A stretch of 64,000 nt of DNA from Oscillospiraceae bacterium (GCA_009787625.1 WQSX01000011.1:5842-69841); one strand, 5' to 3'. Positions 1 through 9,388 are shown, counted from the stretch's first letter. The notes: a model not told the origin generated them from the sequence alone. A program made the numbers and translations.

Positions 1-2940
1 AAAACCGGCTTCTGCAAACTCTTCAGCCTGACCAATCATAGCGTTTGCAGTGAGAGCAACCACAGGGTGGTGATATCCTATTTCACGCAGTTTGTGTAAT
101 GTTTCAACGCCATTGAGTCCGGGCATCATGTAGTCCATGAACACGATGTCATAGACATTTCCTTGCTCGATTTTACGTATGGATTCAATGCCACTTTTGC
201 ATGTGTCGATGGAAAGGCCGTAGAAAGCAAGTAAACTCTTTGCCACATATAAGTTGGCATCTATGTCGTCAACAACGAGGACGCGCCCATACGGCATAAA
301 CTCAGGGTCGATTGTAAATCTCTTCGCGGCGATTCGAGATGCTTCTTCAAAATGTTCAAGGCTATCGGCAAGCTCTTTGCCAAAAACTTCAGATCCGACG
401 ACATGTTGAGGTATACGGCACACGACGGTTGTGCCAACCCCGACTTCACTTTCCACCGATATTTCTGCGTCCATCATCTCAAGCAAGCTGTAGACGATAG
501 ACATTCCGAGCCCTGTTCCCTCGACAGTCCGACTTCTGTGCTCATGGTATCTGCTGTATTCATTCCCAAGTTCTGCAATCTGCTGAGAAGTCATGCCAAG
601 CCCTGTGTCTTTAACACTGAAAATTACCACATCATCATCACTATCTGCTGAGGGGTTTTTCTCGTGTTTTACCGATAATGTAACCGACCCGGAATCGGTG
701 TATTTAAGAGCATTTGACAATATGTTGCTGAGAACTTGCACGATACGCAAGCTGTCGCCGACCAAGTGAACAGGGAGATTTTCATCAATATCTAAGATGA
801 GCTCAAGGTCTTTTCCGCTGAGTAGTGCAAAGTGCATATGTGAAACATCTACGAGGACACTGGCAAGCTCGTATTGCTCGGTGTGTAAACTCATCTTTCC
901 GGCTTGGATTTTTGATAAGTCCAATATATCGTTGACAATGCGGAGCAATTGATTTGCCGAAATGTAAATTTTAGCGAAAGCCTCTTCAATATTCGGAGAC
1001 AATTTCGGGTCTTGCAGTTCTATTTCTGCAATACCCATGACTGCTGTAATAGGGGTGCGTATTTCGTGACTCATCCGTGCGAGAAACGCACTTTTTGCGC
1101 GGGAACTTTCTTCGGCTAACTCCACACGTTCACGATTTTCCTGCGCTCTTTTTATATCGCGCAAATCATAGTTATATCCAACCATTAAGCGCTTGCCTTT
1201 TCTGTATATACGCACATAGGTGACTTCAAGTGGAACTTCATTACCGTTCACATCAAGGTGCGTCCAATCGTATTTGACATAGCCCTCATCTAAGCCTATT
1301 TGGAACTTTTCCATATACAAGTCAACCGAGCGGGTACCGCATGGCTGAAATTCCGGATTATATTTTTCTGCAAGATTATCTAAGAATTCTTCTTTGGTAG
1401 GTACACCGAGAAGTTCACAAATCTTGTCATTGCAGTCAATTAAGTTAAATTCATCATCCCACACATCAATAAACATGGGTGAAGCTTGGAACAGGGCATT
1501 TACATACTCCATGTGCTCGTGCTCTTTTTCTTCATTAGCTCTTTCCTCACGCAAATCACGTAAATACACAACAAATACAAAGGTGTCACTGTAATCAATA
1601 CGCACCATTGTAAGTTCCATAGGCAAATCTTCGCCTGAAGCTGTGAGATGATCCCAGTTAGATGTGTAAAAACCTTCTTTTTCAACTTCGTCAAATAACC
1701 TTACTTTTTTCTTGTCAGATGATTCACCGCAAGGTTGAGTAGGTGGAGAAAAAACTTCAAAGCGTTCGTTGAAATCTTTGATGAAGTCCTCTTTATTTTT
1801 TACGCCAAATGCCCGTAGTGCCGCCTGATTGCAGTCAATCAGGGTGCGCGAGGAGTCAAACCATGAAACGCTCAAAGGATCAGCTTCTAAGGTGAGCCGA
1901 ACTCGCTCATCGGCTTCTTGTGTGTGTATTTCCTCTTCAAGCCTACGAGACCTCTTAGAGAGTCCTAAAACAAAAATCATCAGAGCAATAAGCAATAAAA
2001 TGAAAAAGATGAAAAAAGTAGCCATTATCATACTGAGGTATTGTGCAACCACTGTCTCTGTCGGGGCTGTGGGGATAATGGTGACTAAAGTCCAATCGAC
2101 TGTGGGTAAGGGTGCGGCAAACACATATGATTCTCCATAGAGAGCATGCTCAATTATTGAGTAATAAATGCCCCTATAAATGATGTCCGCTATTGCTTCT
2201 CCGCCCTGTAAGTAGCGAAGGTTGGCTTCTTCATGTTCGGGGGAGAGCATATAAGCTGAATTTGGATGTACGATTATTTCAAGGTCAGGGCCTAAGAGCA
2301 TGATATATCCGCCGTCAGGAAAATCATATTTGGCTATTAAATCAAAAACGTTGCGAAGTCTTATATCAACAGCAACGACAGCTTCCATGCCGATTATATC
2401 AGGCTTCCAAACACCCATTGAAGCTACAATATCACCATCTAAAAGCCGCACATACGGCAGGGAAATTGCCACCTCGCCGCCTGCCGCTTCGGGAATTTGA
2501 AACCATGGTCTTTCGGGCGCATGAAAACCTTCAGGCGGAATCCAACCACTGGAATTGACATGCCACCCGTTTTCAAACCCGACAAAAACACCGACAAGAA
2601 TGTCGGACTGCTCTAAAAAGCTTGCGCCAATCGGGTCAGGCCCAAAGCCTGTCTCACCCGGCTCAACACCCACAGTTTCCCAAACTGCCGCCATATGCTC
2701 TACAAAAAGACTTTGCTCTGCAAACCAAGTGTCAACTTCATAGGCGATAAAATTGATGTGTTGACGCTCAAACTCAATGAAGTTATCATATAAGAGGTCT
2801 CTCACAACGGTCAGCCCGATTGAATAAATAAAAAACAAACTTATTGCCGCCAAAACAATTATCCCAACGATAAATCTGGCGGTGAAATTATATCTCTTTC
2901 GTCTATTGCTTCTTGCTTTCGCATTACTGTCAAAACTCAC
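1..2940 (-). CDS. hybrid sensor histidine kinase / response regulator (3' end leaves the window; absent from ORF track because no stop is in the window)
   Basis: Manual minus-strand translation from GTG at 2940 (AAGGAG 9 nt upstream). It shows an N-terminal TM, Cache-like extracytoplasmic region, second TM and two PAS-like segments. These are followed by H-box 'FLARMSHEIRTPI', HATPase_c 'DTGLGM...GTGLGMSIV' and REC 'VLVVDDIDANL...FMDYMMPGLNG'. Confidence 0.85.
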   Translation of the reverse strand, partial: MSFDSNAKARSNRRKRYNFTARFIVGIIVLAAISLFFIYSIGLTVVRDLLYDNFIEFERQHINFIAYEVDTWFAEQSLFVEHMAAVWETVGVEPGETGFGPDPIGASFLEQSDILVGVFVGFENGWHVNSSGWIPPEGFHAPERPWFQIPEAAGGEVAISLPYVRLLDGDIVASMGVWKPDIIGMEAVVAVDIRLRNVFDLIAKYDFPDGGYIMLLGPDLEIIVHPNSAYMLSPEHEEANLRYLQGGEAIADIIYRGIYYSIIEHALYGESYVFAAPLPTVDWTLVTIIPTAPTETVVAQYLSMIMATFFIFFILLLIALMIFVLGLSKRSRRLEEEIHTQEADERVRLTLEADPLSVSWFDSSRTLIDCNQAALRAFGVKNKEDFIKDFNERFEVFSPPTQPCGESSDKKKVRLFDEVEKEGFYTSNWDHLTASGEDLPMELTMVRIDYSDTFVFVVYLRDLREERANEEKEHEHMEYVNALFQASPMFIDVWDDEFNLIDCNDKICELLGVPTKEEFLDNLAEKYNPEFQPCGTRSVDLYMEKFQIGLDEGYVKYDWTHLDVNGNEVPLEVTYVRIYRKGKRLMVGYNYDLRDIKRAQENRERVELAEESSRAKSAFLARMSHEIRTPITAVMGIAEIELQDPKLSPNIEEAFAKIYISANQLLRIVNDILDLSKIQAGKMSLHTEQYELASVLVDVSHMHFALLSGKDLELILDIDENLPVHLVGDSLRIVQVLSNILSNALKYTDSGSVTLSVKHEKNPSADSDDDVVIFSVKDTGLGMTSQQIAELGNEYSRYHEHRSRTVEGTGLGMSIVYSLLEMMDAEISVESEVGVGTTVVCRIPQHVVGSEVFGKELADSLEHFEEASRIAAKRFTIDPEFMPYGRVLVVDDIDANLYVAKSLLAFYGLSIDTCKSGIESIRKIEQGNVYDIVFMDYMMPGLNGVETLHKLREIGYHHPVVALTANAMIGQAEEFAEAGF

Positions 2941-2969
2941 GAGAAATTGCTCCTTATAATAGTAGAACA

Positions 2970-2998
2970 TTTATACCATATTTGTAGTTTTTTTGCAA
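2970..2998 (-). promoter_or_regulatory. sigma-A-type promoter for the sensor kinase
   Basis: Minus strand reads TTGCAA, 17 nt, TATAAA with a TGg extended -10. It lies ~30 nt upstream of the kinase start. Confidence 0.5.
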
Positions 2999-3095
2999 TA
3001 AAAAGAGGCTGAGTCTTCCAATTTTTGAAGTAACGACATTTGCACAGCTGAGCAGAAGCACCACAGCTCACATGCTTTTTTGCCTGCCGTGTAAA

Positions 3096-4226
3096 TTACG
3101 CAGTTGCGAATTTAACTTTCTCCCATCCGGAGTCAATTTGCTCTGATAATACATTAAGCGGTTTTAACCCACTGAGCGCATCATTAGCTGATATGCAACA
3201 TGCGCCGGCGGCTGCAGCCAGTTGAGTTGAGCGGTGAATAGAGTACCCATGAAGCATAGATGTAAGAAATGCAGCAATACTCGCATCTCCCGCGCCCGTG
3301 CCGGAAACCACATTTTTTTGCAAGTAACTAAACTCAAAATCACTTTTTTCACACCACTCATTAACATTTAACTTACGCTTCAGGCAGAGATCGGAGAGTT
3401 GATTTCGAGTTGCAGTTTTGTAGTACATTCCCAGTTCTCCGCACTTAAGTACGACAATCTTTGCACCAAGTTCAATGAGTCTGTCCGCCATTGGGCGAAT
3501 GTCTTTTTCAAAATTTAATATTTGAGTTATATCACCCCCGTTTGCTCTGTCATTCCATTCATCATACTTCGCTCTATCTAACATATATCCTGTTTCTTCA
3601 ATACTTGGCAGGTAGAAGTCAACATATGGCAGTACCTGAGAAAGTATTTTAAGCCAATCCGCTCTCCCTGAATCAGAGCCGGGATCCACTGCAGCCATGT
3701 CAAGTGAGGTGGTTATGCCTTTGATTTTTACTTTTTCAAACAGCTTTGTAAGTTCATTACCACCGTCCTCGTACATGCGCCGCATTAACGGTGGATATCC
3801 AAAATGAAAATGCGATATACCGTCGAGCAGTTCGTCCGATATATCGGTTTCAGAAAATGTGTCATTTGTACCGGGGTTGTGCAAAAAAATCCTATCCAAA
3901 CCGGGTATTGCAAGTACAATGGAATATGAGGTAACTGCATTTTTATCTTCAATGAGGTGAATGCTTGTATTGTTTACCGCAAGTTTCTCACGAATGACTC
4001 CGCCGAATGAATCATTTCCCACTTTTGCCAACAGAGTTACATCAACACCAAAAAATTTAAGGGCTTGTCCAACATTGCAAACAACGCCGCCTACATGTGT
4101 GTCTGCTGACCCAACATTAATGAGTTTTCCGGGGGCAAGGATATCACTCAAGGCCTCAACTTGCCTGCTCATAAAGTTTGGCGTGATGTCCAAACATAAA
4201 TGTCCCGCGACCATCACTTTAGCCAT
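3096..4226 (-). CDS. PfkB/ribokinase-family carbohydrate kinase
   Basis: ORF 3096..4235. C-terminal PfkB signature 'GTGAGDASIAAFL'. GGAGGG 8 nt upstream favours ATG at 4226 (MAKVMVAGH) over the GTG at 4235. Confidence 0.85.
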   Translation of the reverse strand: MAKVMVAGHLCLDITPNFMSRQVEALSDILAPGKLINVGSADTHVGGVVCNVGQALKFFGVDVTLLAKVGNDSFGGVIREKLAVNNTSIHLIEDKNAVTSYSIVLAIPGLDRIFLHNPGTNDTFSETDISDELLDGISHFHFGYPPLMRRMYEDGGNELTKLFEKVKIKGITTSLDMAAVDPGSDSGRADWLKILSQVLPYVDFYLPSIEETGYMLDRAKYDEWNDRANGGDITQILNFEKDIRPMADRLIELGAKIVVLKCGELGMYYKTATRNQLSDLCLKRKLNVNEWCEKSDFEFSYLQKNVVSGTGAGDASIAAFLTSMLHGYSIHRSTQLAAAAGACCISANDALSGLKPLNVLSEQIDSGWEKVKFATA

Positions 4227-4249
4227 AAAGTTCACCCTCCTGAAACACT

Positions 4250-4276
4250 AAAAGCCGTTGCATTACAACGGCTTTT
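4250..4276 (-). terminator. intrinsic terminator hairpin between tRNA-Ser and the kinase gene
   Basis: aaaagccgttg-catta-caacggctttt: perfect 11-bp stem with A/T tracts on both sides. Confidence 0.6.
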
Positions 4277-4286
4277 AGGAGAATTG

Positions 4287-4378
4287 TGGCGGAGACGGAG
4301 GGATTTGAACCCTCGCACGCTTTAACACGCCTACTCCCTTAGCAGGGGAGCCCCTTATAGCCACTTGGGTACGTCTCC
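4287..4378 (-). tRNA. tRNA-Ser (anticodon GCU), long variable arm, CCA encoded
   Basis: Reverse complement reads GGAGACG...CTCCC-CTGCTAA-GGGAG...GAGGG-TTCAAAT-CCCTC-CGTCTCC-G-CCA. Acceptor, anticodon and T arms all pair. Loop CUGCUAA gives anticodon GCU. Confidence 0.9.
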
Positions 4379-4451
4379 GTAAGCAGAGTTTATATTAACA
4401 CTATCTTTCTTTTCTGTCAATAACTTGCTTGGTTAAAATTTGACATAAAAT

Positions 4452-5003
4452 TTAAATCAGGTTCTCATCGTATACTGCGCGTACTCCGCCGACAAAAGGC
4501 GGGCGGGTGCGGGCGACTACAAGTGCGGCGTTACCAATATTTTTTATACTCAGGCGAATCGGAACCGCTACTCGCTTTAAATGCATGCCTATCAGCGTAT
4601 TTCCTATGTCGAGCCCTGCGTCTGCCTGAAAGGTTTCGAGCGCAATCGGATTTTCGAGACCGCTGTATGCCGCTGATGCAAATGCGCCGCCTGCTTCGGG
4701 TGTGGGGATTACGTTCACTATTTGAAAACCTCCTGAAACACTACGCGACGTAATAACGGCTCTGTTAAGGTGCTCACAACAGCCTGCCGCTAAAATAATT
4801 CCTCGCTCAGAAAAAACGTTGTGGAGCGCAGTAAACACTGCGCAGCCGACTTCGACGTTTGAGCAAGTGCCTATATTTTTTCCAAGAATCTCACTCGTAG
4901 AGCAACCGACTATTACGGTTTGTCCTGATTTGAGTTTTGCAACATCGCACAGCTCAATTGCTGCATTTTCAGCCGATTTAATTATAGCGTCCAAATCAAT
5001 CAT
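4452..5003 (-). CDS. UPF0340 / TIGR01440-family protein (YwlG-like)
   Basis: 183 aa. 'VIVGCSTSEILGKNIG' and 'AAGCCEHLNRA' match my recollection of this conserved Firmicutes family. Confidence 0.6.
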   Translation of the reverse strand: MIDLDAIIKSAENAAIELCDVAKLKSGQTVIVGCSTSEILGKNIGTCSNVEVGCAVFTALHNVFSERGIILAAGCCEHLNRAVITSRSVSGGFQIVNVIPTPEAGGAFASAAYSGLENPIALETFQADAGLDIGNTLIGMHLKRVAVPIRLSIKNIGNAALVVARTRPPFVGGVRAVYDENLI

Positions 5004-5015
5004 GCCTTTAGCACC

Positions 5016-5423
5016 TTATTTATCAAGCGAAATGTTGTCTATTCCATTTTGCTCAAACTCTGCGATGTATTCGTCTATGCGATTTGTGAGTTCGCTGAAA
5101 TTATCAGAGCTTATAGGCTCAAAATCCATATCTCGGCGAGCAAGCTCTTCTGCAAGAATTTCAAAAAACATTGAGTCCTCGTAGTCGGCGATTGCCTCAT
5201 GGATTCCACCTTGCTCAAAAGCAGATGACGGGCGTGCTTTGCCGTCTACATACTCAACCAGAGTATGCATTTCCTGTGAAGGGCAGTACGAGAACAGACG
5301 GTTCTCCACATCGTCATAGTCAGTGAAACGGTCTGAGCCCCGCATTGAGTTTAAGACCCAATTTCCAATATATGCCATATCCAGAAGTCGCCGAAATTCG
5401 AGTTCTGTCAATTCAATTTTCAT
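5016..5423 (-). CDS. hypothetical acidic cytosolic protein
   Basis: ORF 5016..5486. The internal ATG at 5423 (MKIELTELEF) looks the likelier start. No recognisable motif. Confidence 0.5.
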   Translation of the reverse strand: MKIELTELEFRRLLDMAYIGNWVLNSMRGSDRFTDYDDVENRLFSYCPSQEMHTLVEYVDGKARPSSAFEQGGIHEAIADYEDSMFFEILAEELARRDMDFEPISSDNFSELTNRIDEYIAEFEQNGIDNISLDK

Positions 5424-5647
5424 ATTGTACGCACATCCTTTCGTAAGGAATGGGGAAATATTGATATGAGTATAACATGAAAACATAAAAATTTCCAGTG
5501 TAAAATTTCTAACTTATCCTAACCCTTAGGCAAAACCAAAGTTACTCTTTCGCAGCTTTTAGCTGAAATTTTTATTTCTCAGCCCTTATCCGAATATTTT
5601 ATTGCGTTGTCGTGCGCGAGATTGTTGCCGAAAGGCCATATATGACC

Positions 5648-6217
5648 TCAGTCTTGTGAATTATTGTTGTTTGAATTTCCTGTGAAGCCTTGCTTTACTT
5701 CTTCCACGACGGACGATGCGTTGTCCATTACATTGTTAACAGCATCATTACCGAGATCTTTTCCTGTGAAACGGTATCTAAACCCACAGAACAGGCTGAT
5801 TACAAACAGTGGAATAGTTATCCAGAAAAAGAAAATAATCAGCAGTGCGAACACAAGTACCGGGCATGAGAACAGGTGTTGGTCGCCCTTTGAGGCTTCA
5901 AGGAAGTTGCTGAGCCCTTTGTTGAACACTTTGAGACAAAATGCGCCGAATCTCTTTATTAGGTCTGCAAAAGCCTCGCCGCTGTTTGACGAGCTTGTTT
6001 CTTGTGTACTATCTTGTGCCGTCTCATCTGCATGAGTTTGCCTTTCCGCGCCGCTGTGTTCACCGCCGCTCACGGGCGCAGAAATTTTGCCTTCACGCTC
6101 TAAATAAATTATGGCATCGAGCAAATCTCCGCCCGAATTATCAAGAGCCAATTTTGCATCTTCATAACTGACGTTTGTTTTCTCACGTAATTTTTCAACT
6201 TTTTTTAATTGAGTCAT
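5648..6217 (-). CDS. membrane protein with N-terminal UBA/EF-Ts-N-like domain
   Basis: ATG at 6217 is preceded by GAGGG. 'VSYEDAKLALDNSGGDLLDAIIYLEREGKI' is UBA/TS-N-like. A hydrophobic hairpin 'VLVFALLIIFFFWITIPLFVISLFCGF' follows. Confidence 0.6.
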   Translation of the reverse strand: MTQLKKVEKLREKTNVSYEDAKLALDNSGGDLLDAIIYLEREGKISAPVSGGEHSGAERQTHADETAQDSTQETSSSNSGEAFADLIKRFGAFCLKVFNKGLSNFLEASKGDQHLFSCPVLVFALLIIFFFWITIPLFVISLFCGFRYRFTGKDLGNDAVNNVMDNASSVVEEVKQGFTGNSNNNNSQD

Positions 6218-6410
6218 TGTCTTACCCTCGCTTTCCAAATTGTGCTTTCGCAATTTGATACCTATTATACAGGCGAAATATGAAATCGTAATTTATTAAA
6301 AATGAAAATCAGATTAAAATATACCATAAAATTTGATAAAAGACCAACAAAAAGAGAGCACCCCACATGCTCTCTGTAATATCTGCTTTTGGTTACCATA
6401 GGTGGTGCTT

Positions 6411-6776
6411 CTAAATTCTTGTATCAGGTGTTTCTGTGGAATTTTCAAGCATGTCTGCTGTATCTTGAATGACATTTGCTTTAACGTTTAGATTATTTGC
6501 TGTCTCAATTAGGGCATTTGATGCGTGCCGGAGAACATTCGCAAATTCTACAACTTTGCTGAGTGGTTCGTCCACAAGCTCTCTTGTACGGCGAGCGATA
6601 ATAATTGCGGTATAGAGGCATGTGGTTAATATCACGGGAATTCCGATAAGGAGCATTACCATCACATCTGATGTTGCGAAGTATGCGCCAACCATGATTA
6701 TACACGCAATTACGGTCGAGAACAAAACTCTGATGAGCACGTAGGATAATAGATTTGTGTTAATTGGATTTTTCAT
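6411..6776 (-). CDS. small integral membrane protein
   Basis: ORF 6411..6851, likely starting at MKNPINTNLL (6776). Two predicted TM helices. No family recognised. Confidence 0.45.
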   Translation of the reverse strand: MKNPINTNLLSYVLIRVLFSTVIACIIMVGAYFATSDVMVMLLIGIPVILTTCLYTAIIIARRTRELVDEPLSKVVEFANVLRHASNALIETANNLNVKANVIQDTADMLENSTETPDTRI

Positions 6777-7117
6777 TTTTGCAGTTCCTTTTCGTTTTAA
6801 GATGTCGGGACGCCTTGGGCGGGTGAGCATACCTTGGGTGGGGATTGACAACTCAAAACCTTGGACGATGCTGCCACTTGTAATTTAGCCGTTGCGTCTG
6901 TTCTCAAAGTGTGAACAATTTGAAAACCTTTTATGAGACAGATTATACTCCTATTTAGCTCTTCTGTCAATAATATTTATCGTCAAAAAAAGGCTGTTGC
7001 ATTAGCACAACTACCTTTTTTGAACAAAAAGTTTTGAATTTGATGCGAAACTCAGCTTATTCTTGAAAAAAAACTACGCAAATTGTGTATTTTCTGTTAT
7101 AATGTTTCAGGCTTAGT

Positions 7118-7173
7118 TGGTGCTGGTGGCCGGAATCGAACCGGCACGGGATATTATCCCACGGGATTTTAAG
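7118..7173 (-). repeat. att-left: orphan copy of the tRNA-Leu 3' half (anticodon loop to CCA)
   Basis: Identical to 41981-42036 over 33 nt (7118-7150) and 16 nt (7158-7173). All 7 nt of the variable-arm loop differ (ATATTAT vs CTAAAAG). There is no matching tRNA 5' half upstream. Confidence 0.9.
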
Positions 7174-7224
7174 GCAACCGAAACGTGGCGCAAACCCTTG
7201 CAATTGCAGAATATCACGAAATTT

Positions 7225-7236
7225 AGTAAACCAATT
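7225..7236 (+). repeat. AGTAAACCAATT motif, candidate integrase arm-type site (left arm)
   Basis: The same 12-mer occurs twice in tandem at 41844-41867 in the right arm. All three copies share orientation. Confidence 0.45.
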
Positions 7237-7252
7237 TTTAAACCAGTTTTAC

Positions 7253-7283
7253 AAAAAAACGGAGTTTTAGGCTCCGTTTTTTG
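7253..7283 (-). terminator. terminator downstream of integrase
   Basis: aaaaaacggag-loop-ctccgtttttt with a T-run on the minus strand, directly after the int stop at 7288. Confidence 0.65.
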
Positions 7284-7287
7284 TTTT

Positions 7288-8361
7288 TCAGTAATTCAAT
7301 TTTGCAATATTCCGCTTGACATCTGACGTGTCTATTTTTGTATAAAGTTCCGTCATGACGATGGTGGAATGTCCGAGCGCGGTTTGAACTGAGCGCAAAT
7401 CTGCACCGCCTTTCAGCCAGTAAGTTGCAAAAGTGTGCCGGCACTTGTGCGGGGATAAATAGCTCACCTTTTCCTCTTCCTCAAGTGTAGCGTTTAAGTC
7501 ATTAAAAAACTGAACGTAATTATCATGCCACTTTCGGGGACACATTGGAAATCCTTTTTCATCTGTTATAACAAAAAGTCCTGCACGTGGGGCGGTCTCC
7601 AGGGCGGCGGCTAACTTGGGGTGCAAATAAACCTCTCTTGATTCTTTATCTTTAGGCACATCGTAGGTGAAACCTTTTTCTGCCTCAACAAGTGCTTGCC
7701 TGACAGTCAAAGTGCTTGCTTTCATGTCTATGTCAGACCATTGTAAAGCCAGAAGCTCCCCGCGCCTGAGTCCTGTGTATAGTAAAAGTGTCATAGATAT
7801 CCCGAAGCTGTGAGTCGGTATAAATTTTAGCATCGTTTTTAAATCTGCTTCAGAAAACACTTTTATTTCGGGTTTTGCTTTTGAGGGGAGCTTCAGCTTG
7901 CGAGCGGGGTTGTCGGTGCAAAGTTTATTTTCCTGAGCCGCTTCAAATAGTTGATTGAGTGTGGTCCTGACATGTTTCATCAAGCTCAACGAATAACCTT
8001 TAGTAGAAATGTTATTAATGAGCTTTTTGACATGTGCCGGGCGTACATCTTCAAGCTTTAAGGTTCCAATTTCGGGAATGATATGTGAAACGTAGTTTTT
8101 ATAACACCGGTATGTGGTGTGGGTGACACTGCCTTTTTTATAAATATCAAGCCATTGCCCCGCCCAATCCTCGACAGTCTTAATCGCCTCAAGTCTCGTT
8201 TCGAGTTTTGTTATATATTCGTCACGTTTAGCCCTGCATTCTTTTTTGCTCTTGGCATAGAAAGCCTTTCGGGAGCCATCAGGCAACGTGACCCGAAACA
8301 TAACCAAACCGTTTTTAAGCTCATGATAAGAACCGCCGCCGTTGTCTCTTCTCTTTTGCAT
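7288..8361 (-). CDS. int: tyrosine site-specific integrase
   Basis: C-terminal catalytic region 'HKCRHTFATYWL...LGHSTIVMTELYTKI' (H-x-x-R ... Y). N-terminal SAM-like core-binding region. GGAGG 8 nt upstream of ATG 8361. Adjacent to att-left. Confidence 0.92.
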   Translation of the reverse strand: MQKRRDNGGGSYHELKNGLVMFRVTLPDGSRKAFYAKSKKECRAKRDEYITKLETRLEAIKTVEDWAGQWLDIYKKGSVTHTTYRCYKNYVSHIIPEIGTLKLEDVRPAHVKKLINNISTKGYSLSLMKHVRTTLNQLFEAAQENKLCTDNPARKLKLPSKAKPEIKVFSEADLKTMLKFIPTHSFGISMTLLLYTGLRRGELLALQWSDIDMKASTLTVRQALVEAEKGFTYDVPKDKESREVYLHPKLAAALETAPRAGLFVITDEKGFPMCPRKWHDNYVQFFNDLNATLEEEEKVSYLSPHKCRHTFATYWLKGGADLRSVQTALGHSTIVMTELYTKIDTSDVKRNIAKLNY

Positions 8362-8413
8362 GTTCGATACCTCCATGGGGAATAAAAAATTTCAAAAAAA
8401 CTTATAAAAACTA

Positions 8414-8442
8414 TTGACATACGTAATAATACGTAGTATAAT
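8414..8442 (+). promoter_or_regulatory. consensus promoter of hicAB with TACGTA repeats in the spacer
   Basis: TTGACA (8414-8419), 17 nt, TATAAT (8437-8442). The spacer holds two palindromic TACGTA hexamers (8420-8425, 8430-8435) 10 bp apart. Confidence 0.7.
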
Positions 8443-8461
8443 ATATTTAGGAGGTGAGCAA

Positions 8462-8653
8462 ATGACGGCAAAAGAACTGAAAAAGAGGCTAAGAGCAGAC
8501 GGCTGGACAATAGCGCAGGGGAGCCGCCACGAACTCGCAACACACCCGAACAAACCCGGAGTTCAGATACCAATTCACAGGCACACAGGCGATATTCCAA
8601 AAGGCACACTACACAAAATACTAAAAGATGCGGGGCTGAAAATCAACAAGTAA
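8462..8653 (+). CDS. hicA: HicA-family mRNA interferase toxin
   Basis: 63 aa from ATG 8462 (GGAGGTGA upstream). 'GWTIAQGSRHELATHPNKPGVQIPIHRHTGDIPKGTLHKILKDAGL' fits the HicA pattern. Confidence 0.85.
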   Translation: MTAKELKKRLRADGWTIAQGSRHELATHPNKPGVQIPIHRHTGDIPKGTLHKILKDAGLKINK

Positions 8654-8705
8654 GCCCCGACCCCTCGGGGTAGTTATATAAAAATATATAGAAAGAGGTT
8701 CAAAA

Positions 8706-9089
8706 ATGAAATACGTATATCCGATAATATTATATCCTGATGATGGAAAAATTAGCGTTTCCGTTCCTGATTTGCCCGGCTGCCATACCTTTGGCGAAGA
8801 TTTAGCTGATGCACTTATTATGGCAAAAGATGCAATTGAAATGTGGCTCTGGAGTGCCGAAAATAAATCACTTGACATCCCGCAAGCCTCTGATTCATTG
8901 CCTCTAAAAGATGGGGAGACAAAAACACTAATTGTTGCAGACACGGACGAATACAGAAAGGCAAATGAGACACGAGCGGTCAAAAAAACGCTGTCAATTC
9001 CTGCATGGTTGAACCATCAAGCAGAGCAGGCAAATGCCCCATTTTCTCAGATTCTGCAAGAGGGGCTAAAAGGCTATTTGAATTTATAG
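8706..9089 (+). CDS. hicB: HicB-family antitoxin with C-terminal RHH-like DNA-binding tail
   Basis: 127 aa. 'YPIILYPDDGKISVSVPDLPGCHTFGEDLADALIMAKDAIEMWL' is a typical HicB N-domain. It directly follows hicA. Confidence 0.85.
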   Translation: MKYVYPIILYPDDGKISVSVPDLPGCHTFGEDLADALIMAKDAIEMWLWSAENKSLDIPQASDSLPLKDGETKTLIVADTDEYRKANETRAVKKTLSIPAWLNHQAEQANAPFSQILQEGLKGYLNL

Positions 9090-9105
9090 ACCTAAACAAA
9101 CACCC

Positions 9106-9130
9106 AGCCGTCCGAAAGGGCGGCTTTTTC
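9106..9130 (+). terminator. hicAB terminator
   Basis: agccgtcc-gaaa-gggcggct (8 bp, one G.U) followed by TTTTTC. Confidence 0.7.
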
Positions 9131-9131
9131 G

Positions 9132-9160
9132 TTGACAGCTGCCGCCTGCTGATGTATTAT
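9132..9160 (+). promoter_or_regulatory. promoter of the small toxin-like peptide gene
   Basis: TTGACA (9132-9137), 17 nt, TATTAT (9155-9160). The ~55-nt leader contains two short hairpins. Confidence 0.65.
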
Positions 9161-9215
9161 ATCAGGGTTGCCGCAACCTCACTTTTGCAATCTGCAACAG
9201 GGAGGAGGGTAGCTT

Positions 9216-9311
9216 ATGGCGCATCTCTGTTCTTTTATTGTATCCATCGTGGCAGGCATAGTGGCATATTATGTTTGCAAGTGGCTAGATGGATTCCAAA
9301 GCGGTGATTAG
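9216..9311 (+). CDS. 31-aa hydrophobic peptide, Fst/Ldr-like type I toxin candidate
   Basis: MAHLCSFIVSIVAGIVAYYVCKWLDGFQSGD, below the 60-aa track cutoff. GGGAGGAGGG RBS, own promoter and terminator. One TM helix ends in 'KWLD' plus a polar tail, as in Fst-family toxins. Confidence 0.6.
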   Translation: MAHLCSFIVSIVAGIVAYYVCKWLDGFQSGD

Positions 9312-9318
9312 CCCAACA

Positions 9319-9349
9319 GAAAACCCCGATGGTGGCACATCGGGGTTTT
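9319..9349. terminator. bidirectional terminator shared by the toxin mRNA and convergent sRNA
   Basis: aaaa-ccccgatg-gtggca-catcgggg-tttt: 8-bp GC-rich stem flanked by an A-tract and a T-tract. Confidence 0.75.
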
Positions 9350-9388
9350 CATTGCTTATGTGTTATCTCTGTTCTTTGCCTATTGGCT
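9319..9388 (-). ncRNA. candidate antitoxin sRNA (RNA II-like), convergent with the toxin gene
   Basis: Minus-strand promoter TTGACA (9418-9423), 17 nt, TATTCT (9395-9400). The predicted ~70-nt transcript ends at the bidirectional terminator. It contains AAAGAACAGAGAU and CAUAAGC, complementary to toxin mRNA 9223-9235 and 9212-9218 (start codon). Confidence 0.5.

Noticed and set aside
261-2743. Multiple 60-100-aa ORFs on both strands within 1-2940
   Set aside because: All lie inside or antisense to the continuous sensor-kinase reading frame recovered by manual translation.
7063-7103. Extended -10 promoter-like TGtTATAAT on the plus strand just left of att-left
   Set aside because: It has a poor -35 (TACGCA) and would read antisense into the tRNA fragment and int. 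It may be relevant to the pre-integration locus (reading toward trpB2), but that is too speculative to report as a feature.
7117-7444. 69-aa (+) and 68-aa (-) ORFs over att-left and the integrase 3' end
   Set aside because: One reads through the tRNA fragment and terminator. The other is an alternative frame inside int. Neither has RBS support.
8211-8609. 132-aa minus-strand ORF spanning the integrase start, hicA promoter and hicA
   Set aside because: It overlaps two well-supported genes and a consensus promoter. No SD is present.
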